A stretch of 63,820 nt of DNA, the filler included, from Sphacelaria rigidula (lineage: Eukaryota), in NCBI GenBank assembly GCA_964200075.2. It is 6 parts of 6 records of this genome, joined end to end, with 100 filler letters (N's around TTAATTAATTAA, not from the genome) between each part and the next. Parts side by side here need not be neighbours in the genome. Positions count along the whole stretch, not along the records: positions 10,656 to 21,209 come from CAXNAA020006284.1; positions 21,310 to 31,863 come from CAXNAA020006285.1; 4 more parts are not named here. One strand, given 5' to 3'. The position numbers and the translations under genes are program-made. Below, piece after piece: positions 12,049-24,400 of the stretch (the first letter of the stretch is position 1; the number at the start of each line of letters is the position of its first letter). Below the pieces are notes generated by a model. It saw only the letters and a list, made by a program, of their open reading frames with translations, ran no database searches and was not told the DNA's origin.

Positions 12049-15000
12049 ATAGCCACAGCAGCCCCCAGAGAGTGCGGCTACTGTGCGGGAAGCGGGTAAT
12101 TAAGATGGCGGCGGGCCTGGAGCACTCTGTGGCGCTGACGGAGTCCGGCGACATGTACTCCTTTGGGGATAACCTGAGGTACATTACCGCCCGACGGTAG
12201 CTATGCACAACATCTAGTGTAATCTATCTACAAGTACAACCTCGGAAGCGGTGTGACGCCACCTGCCGTGATGAATGCATGGCCTGCAGCCTCGAGAGTA
12301 GCTAGATGTTTTTCATGGACAGTGAATTTATCGTTTTTGCGGGGCGACCCGATACTGCTCGCTTTGATGCATTCTTTGTTCTCCGCCATTCCATATTTTG
12401 TGCATATTATTTCAGCTCGTAACAGGCACAAGACTCGAAGCATAGAGCAGCTCGTAACGTATAATGCACGGGGTATCCACTTCAGCTTGACAATCATGTA
12501 TGTGTTGGCATGTGTAGTCCAGAGGCATCTGCGGTGAATGCCTTTGGGCTACGTTTGGTACAGAACATGGAATCATCCAATTCCTCGCTTTCCCCCCTCT
12601 GACGTACAGTTACGCCCAGGGTTTTTTGGATCAAATTGGTTTTATCCACGTTCGAAAAAAACAACCTTGCGCTCGACCAATCACATGTTATCATCTCTAA
12701 CCCCAAATTCACAAGCTGGAAATTGGGTTCTCGGCATGCAACCCACAAAATGATATTCCGAGTGGACGTGGTCTTCTGTATTGCATCGTGACCGGAGTGT
12801 AGAATGGCTTCAAAGATCCTGTTGGACACGTCCTCCGCGCCTATTGCAACACCGCTGCCCACAACTCCAGTACGTGCAAGCGCTGTGGAGTGTAGGCAAC
12901 GGGGGGGTGCCTGAGGCTAGGACTTATGAGCGCTTTCACTGTGCGAGCGTCAGCCTTGAAAAATTGCGTGGGCATTCAATTTTCCGACGGTGGGAGAACT
13001 ATCAAGACAAAAATCAGCATGTTCTCGTTTACAAATCGAATATGATCTGGAGGTCATAGCGTTCATCAGTGCCAAGGCAATCACGCTCAATATAGCGGCG
13101 TTGCTCACATCTCCACTTTACACAAGCGCAGTGGGATGTAGCTGACTTAGGGGCGCCCGGGGCTGGAGCCCGCAAGCCTTCTCGAAGCGCGAGTGTCCGA
13201 CTCCGAAACAAGGTCGACGGGCACACATTTTACCGCTGGTCACAAAACGCCCATCAGAGAAGACGAGATGTCCATCTGCTTGACACTGAAATATCCTGTT
13301 TTTGCACGCGATGTGTAACACTGAAAACGTTCTCGCCTGGATTTTACATCGTAGCATGTTCTGTCACCTCATCTCAACGCAAGCATTTGTTCGTCCAACA
13401 AACTTCTATCCTTTCCACGGCAAGAATGCTCAATACAACACCGTTGATCACAATTCCGGTAAACACACAAGCGCTCCTGAATGTGGCTGGGTGAAGGATG
13501 TCAGTCAGGGATCCCAAGGCGCAAGCGACGGCGTTCAAAAGCGGAACCGCACATACAGCAAAATGCCAAGCCACGTGGGAACATAACCTCGAGCAAGTAG
13601 GTCCGACATTTATTTTTTCGTTGGAAGTACAGACTAATTCGGTATATTTGCATGTATGGTCGAGGCAATGGCGTCATTTCTCAATGAGTCATACGTTTCC
13701 ACGGGTGGGAGTTTTCAAAGGCGACTGGTGCGCTAACTCCGTCCAAACGTTAGCAAATGGTTGGTCCACCAGATTCAAATCCGGAGCGTACAGCCAAAAG
13801 GCCGTGCACCTGCCAGATTACCTTCAAGGAGTAGTAAGAAATGGATGTTTGGTGTTTCGCAAGATTTTTGACGCGATGCTTACTGTTGATCTTTGGTGCA
13901 CCACTGCATCTCACCACCAGAGATGGGCGGTGGAAAGCCACTCCATTCGCAAAAATGATATCTATTTTACGTTGCACTTGATCCTAACGGGCGTCGGCTG
14001 AACGCCTGGACTGTCAGCTCTTACTCGTACCTCCTATGTTTTCCCCTTTTTTTGATATTGGATGGTGGCAGTAGGACTCAATGAAACACTGGGTGCTCTT
14101 CGCTGTCATCTCATTTTTTCTGGTAGCCGATTCATCGGTCATCGTGCTCCTTTCCTCACACACGAAGACTGAGTATATGTGGAGCTCGGAAATGGTTTAT
14201 CTAACCATTAACCAGCGAGCCAAAAGCCCTCCCCGGCAGAGGGGAGCCCGCGGAAGGCACCGTGCCGGAGGCACGTTTTTACGCGATTTGGCTTCACTAG
14301 AGCTGAAAAATACGCGTGCTGTATAAAGCCATCGCCATCATTACCATTATAATGATAGTGGCCAGTTATAACTGGTTCCATTTCCGAGCTCTATAATTAA
14401 TACATGATAAAAACATGATCGCGTGGACATCAAGAAGGGCTATTATACGTATTCCTATGTGTAACATCCACTTATTCCCGCCCCATGTGTTCTGTTCGCG
14501 CTATGTTTTGTGTGGCATGTGTTTCTGTGGCCCATGCGTCAAACGCAACAAACGTGTTGTGCCGTGCTGTGCTGTGCTGTACGGTGCCGTGCACGTTCGC
14601 ACAGCGGCCAACTCGGTCTCGGCCACAATTACACCGCCAAGGAGCAAACGCCACAGAGGGTACCTCCTCTGAGTAAGGCCAAAGTCACGCAAATGGCTTG
14701 CGGTCAGGACCACACGGCCGTCCTCACAGGTGTGTTTCCCAACATAAGATGTTGATGCGCATGTACGTATCGATGCAGATGCTTGCTGGATTGTATGCGC
14801 CGTGCGTGCCATGTATCCATGAATTCCCTCCGCTGCTCCTGAATCGAGTATTATTTGTACTTTCATGCGGTGCACCGTGTACAGCTAGTTACCTGTTGCT
14901 GTAAATAGTACACCTGCTCCAAATGATATTGCGTTGTTCGTTCAATCTTGGCAGTCCTGACATCACTGTGGGCTGTGAGCACACGCACACGTATCGTGCT

Positions 15001-18000
15001 CCGCTATAGGTATACATGAGGTGTGCATTGTTGTCGCTGGAAGTTACGCAGCTAGCTGCACGGCCAAATCGGAAGCTTGACGCAACGTCACTATTCGAAG
15101 TGCAGATTCCCTGCGTAAATTATGTGGGTAAAAACGTTTCGTATTTTTTTCTCGGGTACGAAGCGATTGTCATTAGCGACCGTGCTTGTGTTTGTGTATT
15201 TTGCAACGTCAGGTGCTGGAGAGTTGTTTTGCTTCGGGAACAACCGTTTCGGGGCCCTGGGTCTCGCTGTTCAATATGACGAAGGACCTCCAATCGTTGC
15301 CTCGACTCCCCAGGCAAGCGACAATGCCTCATACTCTACTCTCGTGTGTTCCGGTTGCCAAATTGCTACTGTACCAGCTTGTTGGCTTTGCCTTGAACCG
15401 TCCAAAAAGCTCACGAGGTGCTCGAACAAGGGACGTGTGACGAAGCACATGCCACTTTAATGGGCGTTGGGCTTCGTGCTGCAGATACAGTGTATGTTGG
15501 CTTAATGGTCATTTGTCGACGACCAGCAATGTGCTTGTGATTCGGCGATTTAGATGCGGGTAAGACTTGAGGGTCAAACCTGATTCCCAGGAAACGATGG
15601 CTTGAAATGCATTGGCATCACGTGGTACGATCATGCGGTATGTCGTGCTGAATCCTGGGACGATGCGCAAGGCCAGGTAGAAGGCAACCCCTTGTCACCG
15701 GTGCCGATGCTGTGGCCAGAGACGTCAACGGCTGACGGGGCCCGCAACTTATTTGCGCGTCACATGTGATGGCGTGTTTGGCGTGAGAAATCGCTGTAGA
15801 GTTTCTGTCTCATGTAAACCGGGCGAAGCTTCGTCCACGTTCTGTGATGATAGTGATGATCGTGGTGATCGTGTGCGGCATGAAAGAAACTCTGTGTATA
15901 TTGATGTAATACCTCTTTTTCCTGGTATGTTTGCTGTTGCTGTCGTGTTGGGCATTTTTCTGCAGCTGGTGAGCTCTCTCAAGGGCAAGAAGGTGGTGCA
16001 GATAGGCTGCGGTCTCCAGCACACAGTGGCTCTCACTGAGTGAGTACTGTGCATCGATTTCACGGACAACGCCGCACTTTGTTTGCCAGTTGCGCATTTT
16101 GGAAGCAACGCATAGCTTGGAGCGCTAGAAGCGAGAGCTATGGCCTTGTGTGGTAGCAAACATTTAGCGTTATGCCGTACACCTTGTTCTTGCTCCTGTG
16201 TCAATGTGTTCCGTCGTGCGTTATCAGATCGATTCGTAAAAAGGGTACTCGCCGCGTCATGCCCGCCAATGGTTTAGATCGTGTACACTTTTGTGCGCTT
16301 GCTGCCGCCGCGCTAGAGTACGATCCTGTCGGCTCAGCTCGGGTATGTTTATCGTCGAACTGACGTGTGTTGCACCCTGTGCAATATTCGCTTCAAGCAC
16401 CTTGTCTTGCTGCGTGTACGCCCCCTGGTGAGCTCTGCTGTACAGCGCACTACTGTGTGCCACGCCAAACCCGTGAAAGTGTTGTACTGTACACTATTAG
16501 ATTAAAGTCAAATTTGTTACAAGGACGTGTCGAGGCAGGGTATCGCTTTATGTTCTCGCGGTTGGTTGCATGTGACTGTAGTACCGGACAGGTGTACTGC
16601 TGGGGTAACAACACGAGGGGCCAGCTAGGAACCGGGGACACCCAAAACAGGGTGAGTCTGCAGTCAAGTATCTGAAACACAATGCGACTGTCTCGAGTAA
16701 ATCTCCTGACGCATGTTTCTCCGTCTCAGTAGCGACTTGGCTGGAACAAAGCTTGTGTTGCCTGTACTGTGCTACGTCGGCAGGGATATCGGCGATGTGT
16801 GCAGTGCAATCACCGATGTCTCCGTGCGCTCAGTGCGTTTGCTGAACTGCATCTTCTGCTGGCACTAGAATGCCAGAAGCGTATCCTTGTCATTGTCAAA
16901 TACATGGAGGTCCGTGCAGCCCGCGTATGCTCATGCTCATGCTGGTGTGTGGGCAATCGACCTTGTCATTTACCAAAGCAACCTGGGTGTGCCCTCAATG
17001 TCACGTTTTGGGCAGTACACACCTGCCTTGGTGTGCAGACCGCTCTCGTCTGCAAGGTCAATACACGTGGCGTGTGGCGGGCAACACACTCTGGCGTTAA
17101 CAGACAGCGATGACTTTTACGGATTCGGCTCTGACAGGCACGGACAGCTCGGTCTGGGACAGGGCAGCAACTACTTCCCGGTTCCATCCAGGTGAACTCC
17201 TCGAGCATCTTCAACATTTGACATGCCTAGCCTTATGCCTGCTAGCATGTGGCCTCTGAAGGGGTTTCCGTCAGTTGCTATTCATGGTGCACGGCACAGT
17301 TTTGACCTGTGATTGTGTTCAGTGTGAGACCTCCCGCCCTGGCAATGCGAAACGCGTCCGGCCATTGAACGTGGAGTTGCAATGTCTAGGAAGATCGCAA
17401 AATAAATGTCGTGGGAAATTCTGCTTTTCGAAAAGATTTTTGGAAGACGCCGGCTGTTTCCCTTGGCCTCTGTTGTATCATCGGTTGTATCGGTGCAAGC
17501 ACAACGTCCGTAGTTGAGTTCTGAAGCATTTCTCCCGAATTTCAATCTCTGTATAATTTTTTGTCGCATCCTCAACCCCTCTTCCCCTCGTGGGAATGAG
17601 GTCGCGATTTCGAGAGATCAACACATATCGCCTTTGGTACACGCCTTATATTTTTGTGTCTATCGCGGATTGGATCGGCACTCCCACACCTCTTCGATTT
17701 TTTTTTTCACTGCTTTCCCTAGTACTTCTATTAATATAAGTCATGCGTCCAATAGTCATGTTGTCTGTTGTCACGTCCTCATCGACGAAACTCAGGTAGT
17801 TTCTATGAAACAAAACAATTACATCTATCTGCTATGAATCAAATCCGCATCCTTCCAACCGAATCGCTTCAGAGGTACCATGAAGAGCACCGAGGCGCGA
17901 TACCGAAATTGCCGTAATTGCGTTATCGTGGTGATGTATGCTGCGTCGACAGGATCGTGCGACTAGGCGGACGTCGTGTTGATCACGCCGTTGGAGGTGC

Positions 18001-19451
18001 CTGGCATACCGTGGTCAGGACAGACACGGGAGAGAGCTACGTCATGGGTTGTATTTGGCCTGCAGGTATACGACACGTTGTGCGAAAGACGCCCCTTGAT
18101 CCATTCATGTGACATTTGGTCTCGAATTCTAGATCGTTTTGTTGGGTGCTGTAGCACGTTGTGGTTAATAGTGGTGGTTTCCCAGAGAGGGGAGAAACGT
18201 CGGGGTCCTCATGACGGGCGTGATAATACTGGAGTGTGAGATGCATACTTGTCCAAAGCATGACACTTCCGGGCCTGTTTGGTAATTAACATTGTCGTGT
18301 GAGTGTGTCTCCAGAATCTGGAGACATATAGCAGAATCTGTTGTACAGGACCTATGATGTTGCTGTCACCGGTACTAGAGATGGAGACAGGCCAATTCCG
18401 GGCAGCCTACGGAGATGATCATTTCGCTCTCCTTCCCCGGGTTTTACTCACTTCGGATTCTCAGCACCATCCTTTTCTTGACATACTCCTTGCACAGCGA
18501 CTACCCCGCCACCAGGCGGGGGTGCAGGCGGGGGTCCCGATGGAGCGGCCCCGGCTCAAGACCATCAAGAGCCCCCCAGTCGGAATTTCCCGCGCCGCGC
18601 AGCAATGTCAACCGGTGCCACTTCTCCCGCGGACCCGTTCGGTTTGAGTTTCGGGGGTTTCCGTCGACTGATGCTGCCACGAGGTGCAGAGGCATGCAGC
18701 AAGGGACACAGCCTTTTTTACGGGCAAGGCTTGGGTCCTCCGCCACGCGCGCTTCGGAAGGTGTGAAAGGCATCGCTTTGCGTAGGTGTACGCGGGCGCG
18801 TTCGATGTTGAAGTGGTTCGTAATGGGCAATGGGCGATGATTTGGGGAGTACGTGGATGTTGGTAGGAAGAGAATCTGCCTCCGCTACGGTACTCCTGTG
18901 CCCCCACTGACACGCGTCACAGATGGCAAGCATGATGCAGTGATGGGTGCTGTTTTTGCTTTTCGTCCATCGTCGGGGATTGATGGCCTCGTCACTTGTT
19001 AGCCCCTATGTGAACCGATATGCACTGCTCGGCACGCCCTCGTGGTGTGCATACGCACGAATGGTGGGATGAGGCACTTTTTCGATGGTACATGCTGAAT
19101 GCTAAGAGGTCCAAATACACACACCAAAAGCCAACACGCAACTGCACCATCGACGAGGTATTCACTGCTGCCGTCAAATATCCGCTTCTAACAATATTTT
19201 CCTTGTTTTCTACCGCTCACCGGCCGTCATGTCTCCTACTCCATCTGTGTCGCGCAACCACGAATCCAGGTCCGGAAGTCTCAGGGTAGGCTAAGAGAAG
19301 ACGTGTCAAGAATGCTCCAACAACAAAAATACGACGTGATATTCACAGAGTATCCCGACAAGCCCGTCGAAACACCATACCAGTACAGGAGCGGTGGCGG
19401 TTACGGGACCGGAAAGAACGATGGTGCGGGGGCGCACCTAGTGGTCTTGAG
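12049..19451 (+). CDS. RCC1-repeat protein with a following BTB/POZ domain, partial at both ends
   Basis: Exons 12049-12178, 14605-14729, 15213-15313, 15966-16039, 16582-16651, 17016-17191, 17953-18065, 18349-(18440 or 18515, uncertain) and 19270-19451. Repeated RCC1 motifs: [99 protein letters not shown]. Last exon LREDVSRML..YDVIF...AHLVVL resembles a BTB start. Confidence 0.88.
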
Positions 19452-19785
19452 GTAACTGTCTATGTACATTAGTATATCCCACAGTAAAGCGTGCCCTCGT
19501 GGTATAAATTAAAATGGTACATAATGAACCGCTGAGGGCGAAAGCTTGCAGTTTCGCGTCTTGGCGGAGGCTGTTTTTTTTCTGAGCTGAAAAGTGTCTG
19601 ATATTCGCCGCTGAAAACGTGACGGCTCGAGTAGGGGGGAAATATTTGGCGAAAGTCGACGCAGTGCAGGAATGCTGGTCATGATGCTATTTGCGATACC
19701 CTGGATGTCAGGCATTTACCAGGCGAGAGATGGGTTGATCCATTGGGACTACGGAGCGGTGCTGAGGAACGAGGAAAGAAATATT

Positions 19786-20046
19786 TCACACGTCGGACAG
19801 CTCATGAGCTACCTAAATATATTACTTCTTATTAGTGTACTGATCCGGATCACGAGCTAGCTCATGTGATCGCTTTTTCCATATTTTCTCCCTACAGCGC
19901 TGGACACCGAGCACGCGGAGAAGCGCAAAGGTAGCGCTTTGGCTTCTCGGGCCCTGCTGTCACGTAATTTGTGTTTTTGGATGAGCAATCTGAGAGTCCC
20001 CTTCGATTTGTTATTTTCGGTAGCTCATGAGCTGTCCGACGTGTGA
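19786..20046. mobile_element. MITE-like element with 28-bp perfect terminal inverted repeats
   Basis: TCACACGTCGGACAGCTCATGAGCTACC at 19786-19813 and its exact reverse complement at 20019-20046. No coding capacity seen. Confidence 0.75.
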
Positions 20047-20196
20047 TACGTTGTGAGTACATCGGTTTCTCACCAATACACTGGTACTTACCACCTCATA
20101 GCAAAGTGGGCCAGTCGAGTTGAGGCACATAGTAAGATATGGAAAAATATACGGTAGACGAAACAACTCGCAACTGCGGACGATAAAAAAGGCACC

Positions 20197-20950
20197 TCCC
20201 CTAGCGATCCCCCCACGGGCGGACTTGAGATGGGCTATGCCATATTAGGGGTTCAAAACAGCTCTTTTCGCTGCACGAAACGCCTTCATCCGTCATCATA
20301 CCGATGCTGAGAACCCCTGACCGTTCGTCACCATGCTATCAATAGCATGCCGAGTAAGCATGAGTGCAGTATATCTCCCCTCCGCTGGATACACTGACAA
20401 GAAACAGACAGCGTGTCATCGCTCTCCATTGAACACAACTTACTGCATGCTGCCGATACATCTGCTTCGTGTTCCACGACAACACTTTAGACTGGGAAGC
20501 TATGCTGGCAACTCATAAGGCGCCGGACAGGCGGCACAGACCTTAAGCGAAGTCCAAAGCATACCATGCGTGCACATGTAATCTATGGTTGGCATCACCA
20601 AAATGAAAGACTGCTAGACAGCGAAGTAGTCTACGTGTAGGAAAACTACGTACTCATTCCGTGATTGGTCAGAATGGTCATTTCGCGCCTCTCCGGCCAC
20701 GTTCCTGGCTCAGAATCTTCCACGGGAAACTTCCGGAAACACATGGTTGACTTGAGCCCCCGCTGGTCTGCGGGTGGACTCCCCTCCCCCTAATCCCCCC
20801 CCCCCCCCCCCCCCGGAAACCCCCGATTTCTCTGCACTCTCAGCAGGTGAAACTGTTCCGAGGCGAGGTTCGCGTCTGGGGGGTCAAAATTTGAACCCGT
20901 AAACGTTGCGCGGTTAGAACGACTAAACTCGCGATTCAACTCATATTCAT
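20197..20950 (+). repeat. Dispersed ~750-bp non-coding repeat (probable non-autonomous TE)
   Basis: Colinear, diverged reverse-complement match to 38286-39062, e.g. CCGTGATTGGTCAGAATGGTCATT vs AATGACCACTCTGACCAATCACGG, and CACATGGTTGACTT vs AAGTCAACCATGTG. Confidence 0.75.
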
Positions 20951-21209
20951 CATTTCAACGGATAAGTCATACTATTCGTACATGATGTGTAATTCATACA
21001 GCTCCTCAGCTCGTGCGTCGTGCAGTATGCCCCAAAGGTACACGCTTCCAACCTTCCGTGAATACCAGGGTAAACAATGAGCCCATAGGCAACCCTGCAC
21101 TGCAAATTTGAGTGCATCGATTGTACATGCCACGCACTTCTTACCATCATGAGTCGGGAACGTCATGTACAACTAGCTTGACCAAGTCGTTCGAGGTGAG
21201 CGCCCGTAC

Positions 21210-21309
21210 NNNNNNNNNNNNNNNNNNNNNNNNNNNNNNNNNNNNNNNNNNNNTTAATTAATTAANNNNNNNNNNNNNNNNNNNNNNNNNNNNNNNNNNN
21301 NNNNNNNNN
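21210..21309. other. Artificial contig spacer
   Basis: N44-TTAATTAATTAA-N44. Confidence 0.98.
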
Positions 21310-21400
21310 GTGTGGTTGACTCATTTGTTGCTTGCCTTAGTCGTTTGACCATTGACCACGCATCCCTTTCGAGACGGAGCATCCGGAGCAGTGGGGGAGG
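21310..21400 (+). repeat. Short dispersed repeat
   Basis: TAGTCGTTTGACCATTGACCACGCATCCCTT(T/C)CGAGACGGAGC recurs at ~40520-40590(+) and, diverged, at ~63135-63190(-). Confidence 0.8.
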
Positions 21401-21554
21401 GGGGGGTTGTCCGTGTGTACAGCATACATTCGGGGTTCAGATGTTGATGATACTGTTCGTACATCGGCGGCGTGGGGCCTTAGCTGCGTGTACGACCGAT
21501 GAGACAGAGACGACAAAACAGCGCGTAACGTCTAAAATAGATGAATATTCGACC

Positions 21555-21865
21555 CCGCACCCCGGTGGTCCCTTAACTTTACTATCATTATCGTATCCGT
21601 AACATTAGCTGGTACATATTTATCCGGTGAGGGCGGAGTGGAGCTTTCGAATCCGGACAGACGCACTTTTTCCTTGACGAGTATCTGATTCTCGTCATTG
21701 AAAAGGTAAAGGTTAGAGCAGCGGAGAAAATTCACCAGAGTGAATGAGTGCGGAGGTGCTGGTTTAATCCGCGACACCGAAATGGTGGGGCATGTACCGC
21801 AGGAGAGAGATGAGTTAATCCTCTAAGGAAGGCTACGGACTCCTCCCGAGATAAAGGGGAAGTGT
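21555..21865 (+). mobile_element. SINE-like repeat family B, diverged copy
   Basis: CCCCGGTGGT head, TTCGAATCC B-box-like motif, and body ATCCGCGACACCGAAATGGTGGGGCATGTACCG matching 1-290 and 26613-26990. Confidence 0.6.
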
Positions 21866-22164
21866 CTCAAATACGATGGTCAGCACAATAGAGTATGATG
21901 ACATGTGCTTACCCGCCACAGAAACAGCACCGAGACGAGGCATGGGATTGCGCCCTGAAAGATGGATATTGGGTGAGTAGTTCGGCTCTTTACAGTCAGA
22001 AAGATCCCTGTCTGCGCGCTGATGGCGCGACTCCTTTTGTGTACCTTGTTGCATCCCTGCCTTTGGAGCTGCCATACATACAGTACAGCACTGTGTCTTA
22101 ATTACTTTAGCTTGGGTGCGCCCGTCTTGTCATCACACCTGGTTTTGTAGCGGAACAGTCAATG

Positions 22165-22600
22165 TCGATCGATTGATTGATTGATTGTCGCACTTTAACT
22201 GCCCCCCCCCCCCAGGTAGTCATGATCCAGCCGTGGTCACATGACAGACGTACCCAAGACAAGACGAAACTGGAACACTCGCTCAAGAACAAGAAGGAAC
22301 AGAAAGAGTCGAACAGGACGACATAGTAGACTAAGAAGGCGTGAAAAAAAATAGGGATGTAAAAGTCAACAAAAGCAAAGCAGAGAAAGAAACAGCCCAT
22401 TTGAACACAACAACAAAAAGTAAAATAAGAGGGGAAACAAAGAAGAAAAGAAGAAGAAAGGAAAAAAAAAGAAGAGGAAACAGCCCAAGGGATTCAGGAC
22501 AGCAGAGTAGATACAGACACACACCAATGGGCACAAAGCCACCGACTGAGGACATATCAACAACCGATATGAGCAGATAGGATTCTTCGAATGGAGGCCC
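22165..22600 (-). mobile_element. 3' end of a non-LTR retroposon-like repeat with (CAAT)n tail
   Basis: Minus strand GGGTACGTCTGTCATGTGACCACGGCTGGATC...GTGCGACAATCAATCAATC. Related ends at ~36135-36225(+) and ~55790-55830(+). Confidence 0.6.
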
Positions 22601-23024
22601 TCGACGCAGCAGCCTCTCGTTTATGACGGCGGTCTGATTCTCGTCTGTCCGCGCGTCACCACGTGTCCTCAAACTCTTCCGCTCCTTTTTCGACTCCAAT
22701 AATGTACGATAATTAAACAAACCAACAAAGCTACGTGTTGTGGTGAGAACCCTTTGAAAAGCATCCCATGACCCGCTTTGCGCTCCTTCTCATCCTCAGT
22801 TTGTGTCTTCTGACTTGAGGTGCACGGTCAACCCTCTCGGAATTGAAGACCTCCACACTGCTTAACGATTTAGTCCGACCATAACTTGGACTAGCGGATG
22901 GATTCGACACATTCCTATTGCTTTTGCATACGCTTTTGCCAAGACGACGGAGTCTCAAGCCCGCTAAAGCACAGAGTAAGCTCTGCGAAGGCACCCATAC
23001 TTGTTATTTTCGGGCGGGGCGGGG

Positions 23025-23059
<35 letters not shown>

Positions 23060-24207
23060 GCAGACGTTCAATGCGGTGCGTCAGTAGAAGTAAGGTACGA
23101 AGCACTGCAGACAACGCGCTAGTTTCCTTCAAGCATGCACATACCCAGCACCACCGCTGAATATCTTGAATGGTAGCAGTAATGCTGATCCCTCGTCTCA
23201 CCTCAACTTTTTGTCGTTGTGAGATGGACCATAGTCAATAGTTACTTGAGTATATGTGTGCCTTTCAAGATATTTATTTTGACCGTCTGTACTACAGTAT
23301 CATATACTCATAGTTCAGCATCAGCAACTCTTTCATCTCTGGACGTACGTGACAGGACATACACGAAGCCAGTAGCATCTGCGTGCGCACTGAGAGGTGT
23401 ATGCGGCGAAATAGTCGCCATCCAGAACCCAAGGTGAGTGACAGCATGCAGCACCAAATTCAACTACGAAACACGTCCAGAATGCGATGCTAAGATAATG
23501 GATTGAGTGCTTCACGTCAACGCTTACAGCGTGCGAGTTGGGAGCGCAACGCCGCACTTGCTTAGTAGGTCATCATTCATGTGTGACAAGAGACCGCTGG
23601 GCGCACAGCGGTCAACACGGCATATTTGTGAAACCTTCCGAGTTTGGAGAGAGGAGCTCTCGCGGAGTCTCTGGTCCCACACATCTGGCGTTCATGTCGG
23701 GCAAGTGTTTATTTTACATGCCTTCATCGTATCGTATCACCCGGATTAACCCCCCAAACATAGGTCGGGACCCTAGCCGCTACGTCGGTGCTCGCGTCTG
23801 CACTCGAACCCTCAACTCTTAGCACTAGAACACCCTCGAGGGTGCAGGTCCACCCTCCCGGTACCGGTAAAAAGCAAACAGCTCCTAATTGTTTTGCCTC
23901 CAATGCCACATGACCTCCTCACACCCTGCTAACGGCCATCTGGGGATGTGATCCGTTACCACAGGAAACTGAGCTCTTGGAGAATGACGATATTTGTATG
24001 CGGATCTTACACTGGCAACCGACGATATCTGCCGAGGGGTTACCATTCGATGGACAAGTCGACTTTTGGAGGAAGACTTTTTGTATGCGCATATTTTGCC
24101 TTTTCTTGGAGCAACCATCGTTCGTGCTCAGGCGCTTTTTCCACCACATTATTCTTTGCCTCTCTCCGAATCCGTACATAATGAAGCGTCTGGCCTGGGT
24201 ATGGAAG

Positions 24208-24400
24208 ATGACTCTCAATTACTCCTTCCGGGACCTGACTCCCACAAACATGTGGTTTGTACGCAGGAGCCTTTTTGTCAATCATTATTCGTCATCATTG
24301 TTACTTGCAAACGACTGAAAATAATGCCGATTTACAAAAGGGTCCCTGCGTGCAAACCACATGTTTGTGGGAGTCCGGCCCCAAAGGGGTTGAGGATCAT
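24208..24400. repeat. ~190-bp imperfect palindrome (foldback/MITE-like)
   Basis: GACTCCCACAAACATGTGGTTTGTACGCAGG on the left arm pairs with CCTGCGTGCAAACCACATGTTTGTGGGAGTC on the right. Arms ~80 bp around a short loop. Confidence 0.85.

Noticed and set aside
13498..14001. 167-aa ORF with LTVDLWCT, like a hAT DxW motif
   Set aside because: Single short motif with no other transposase features.
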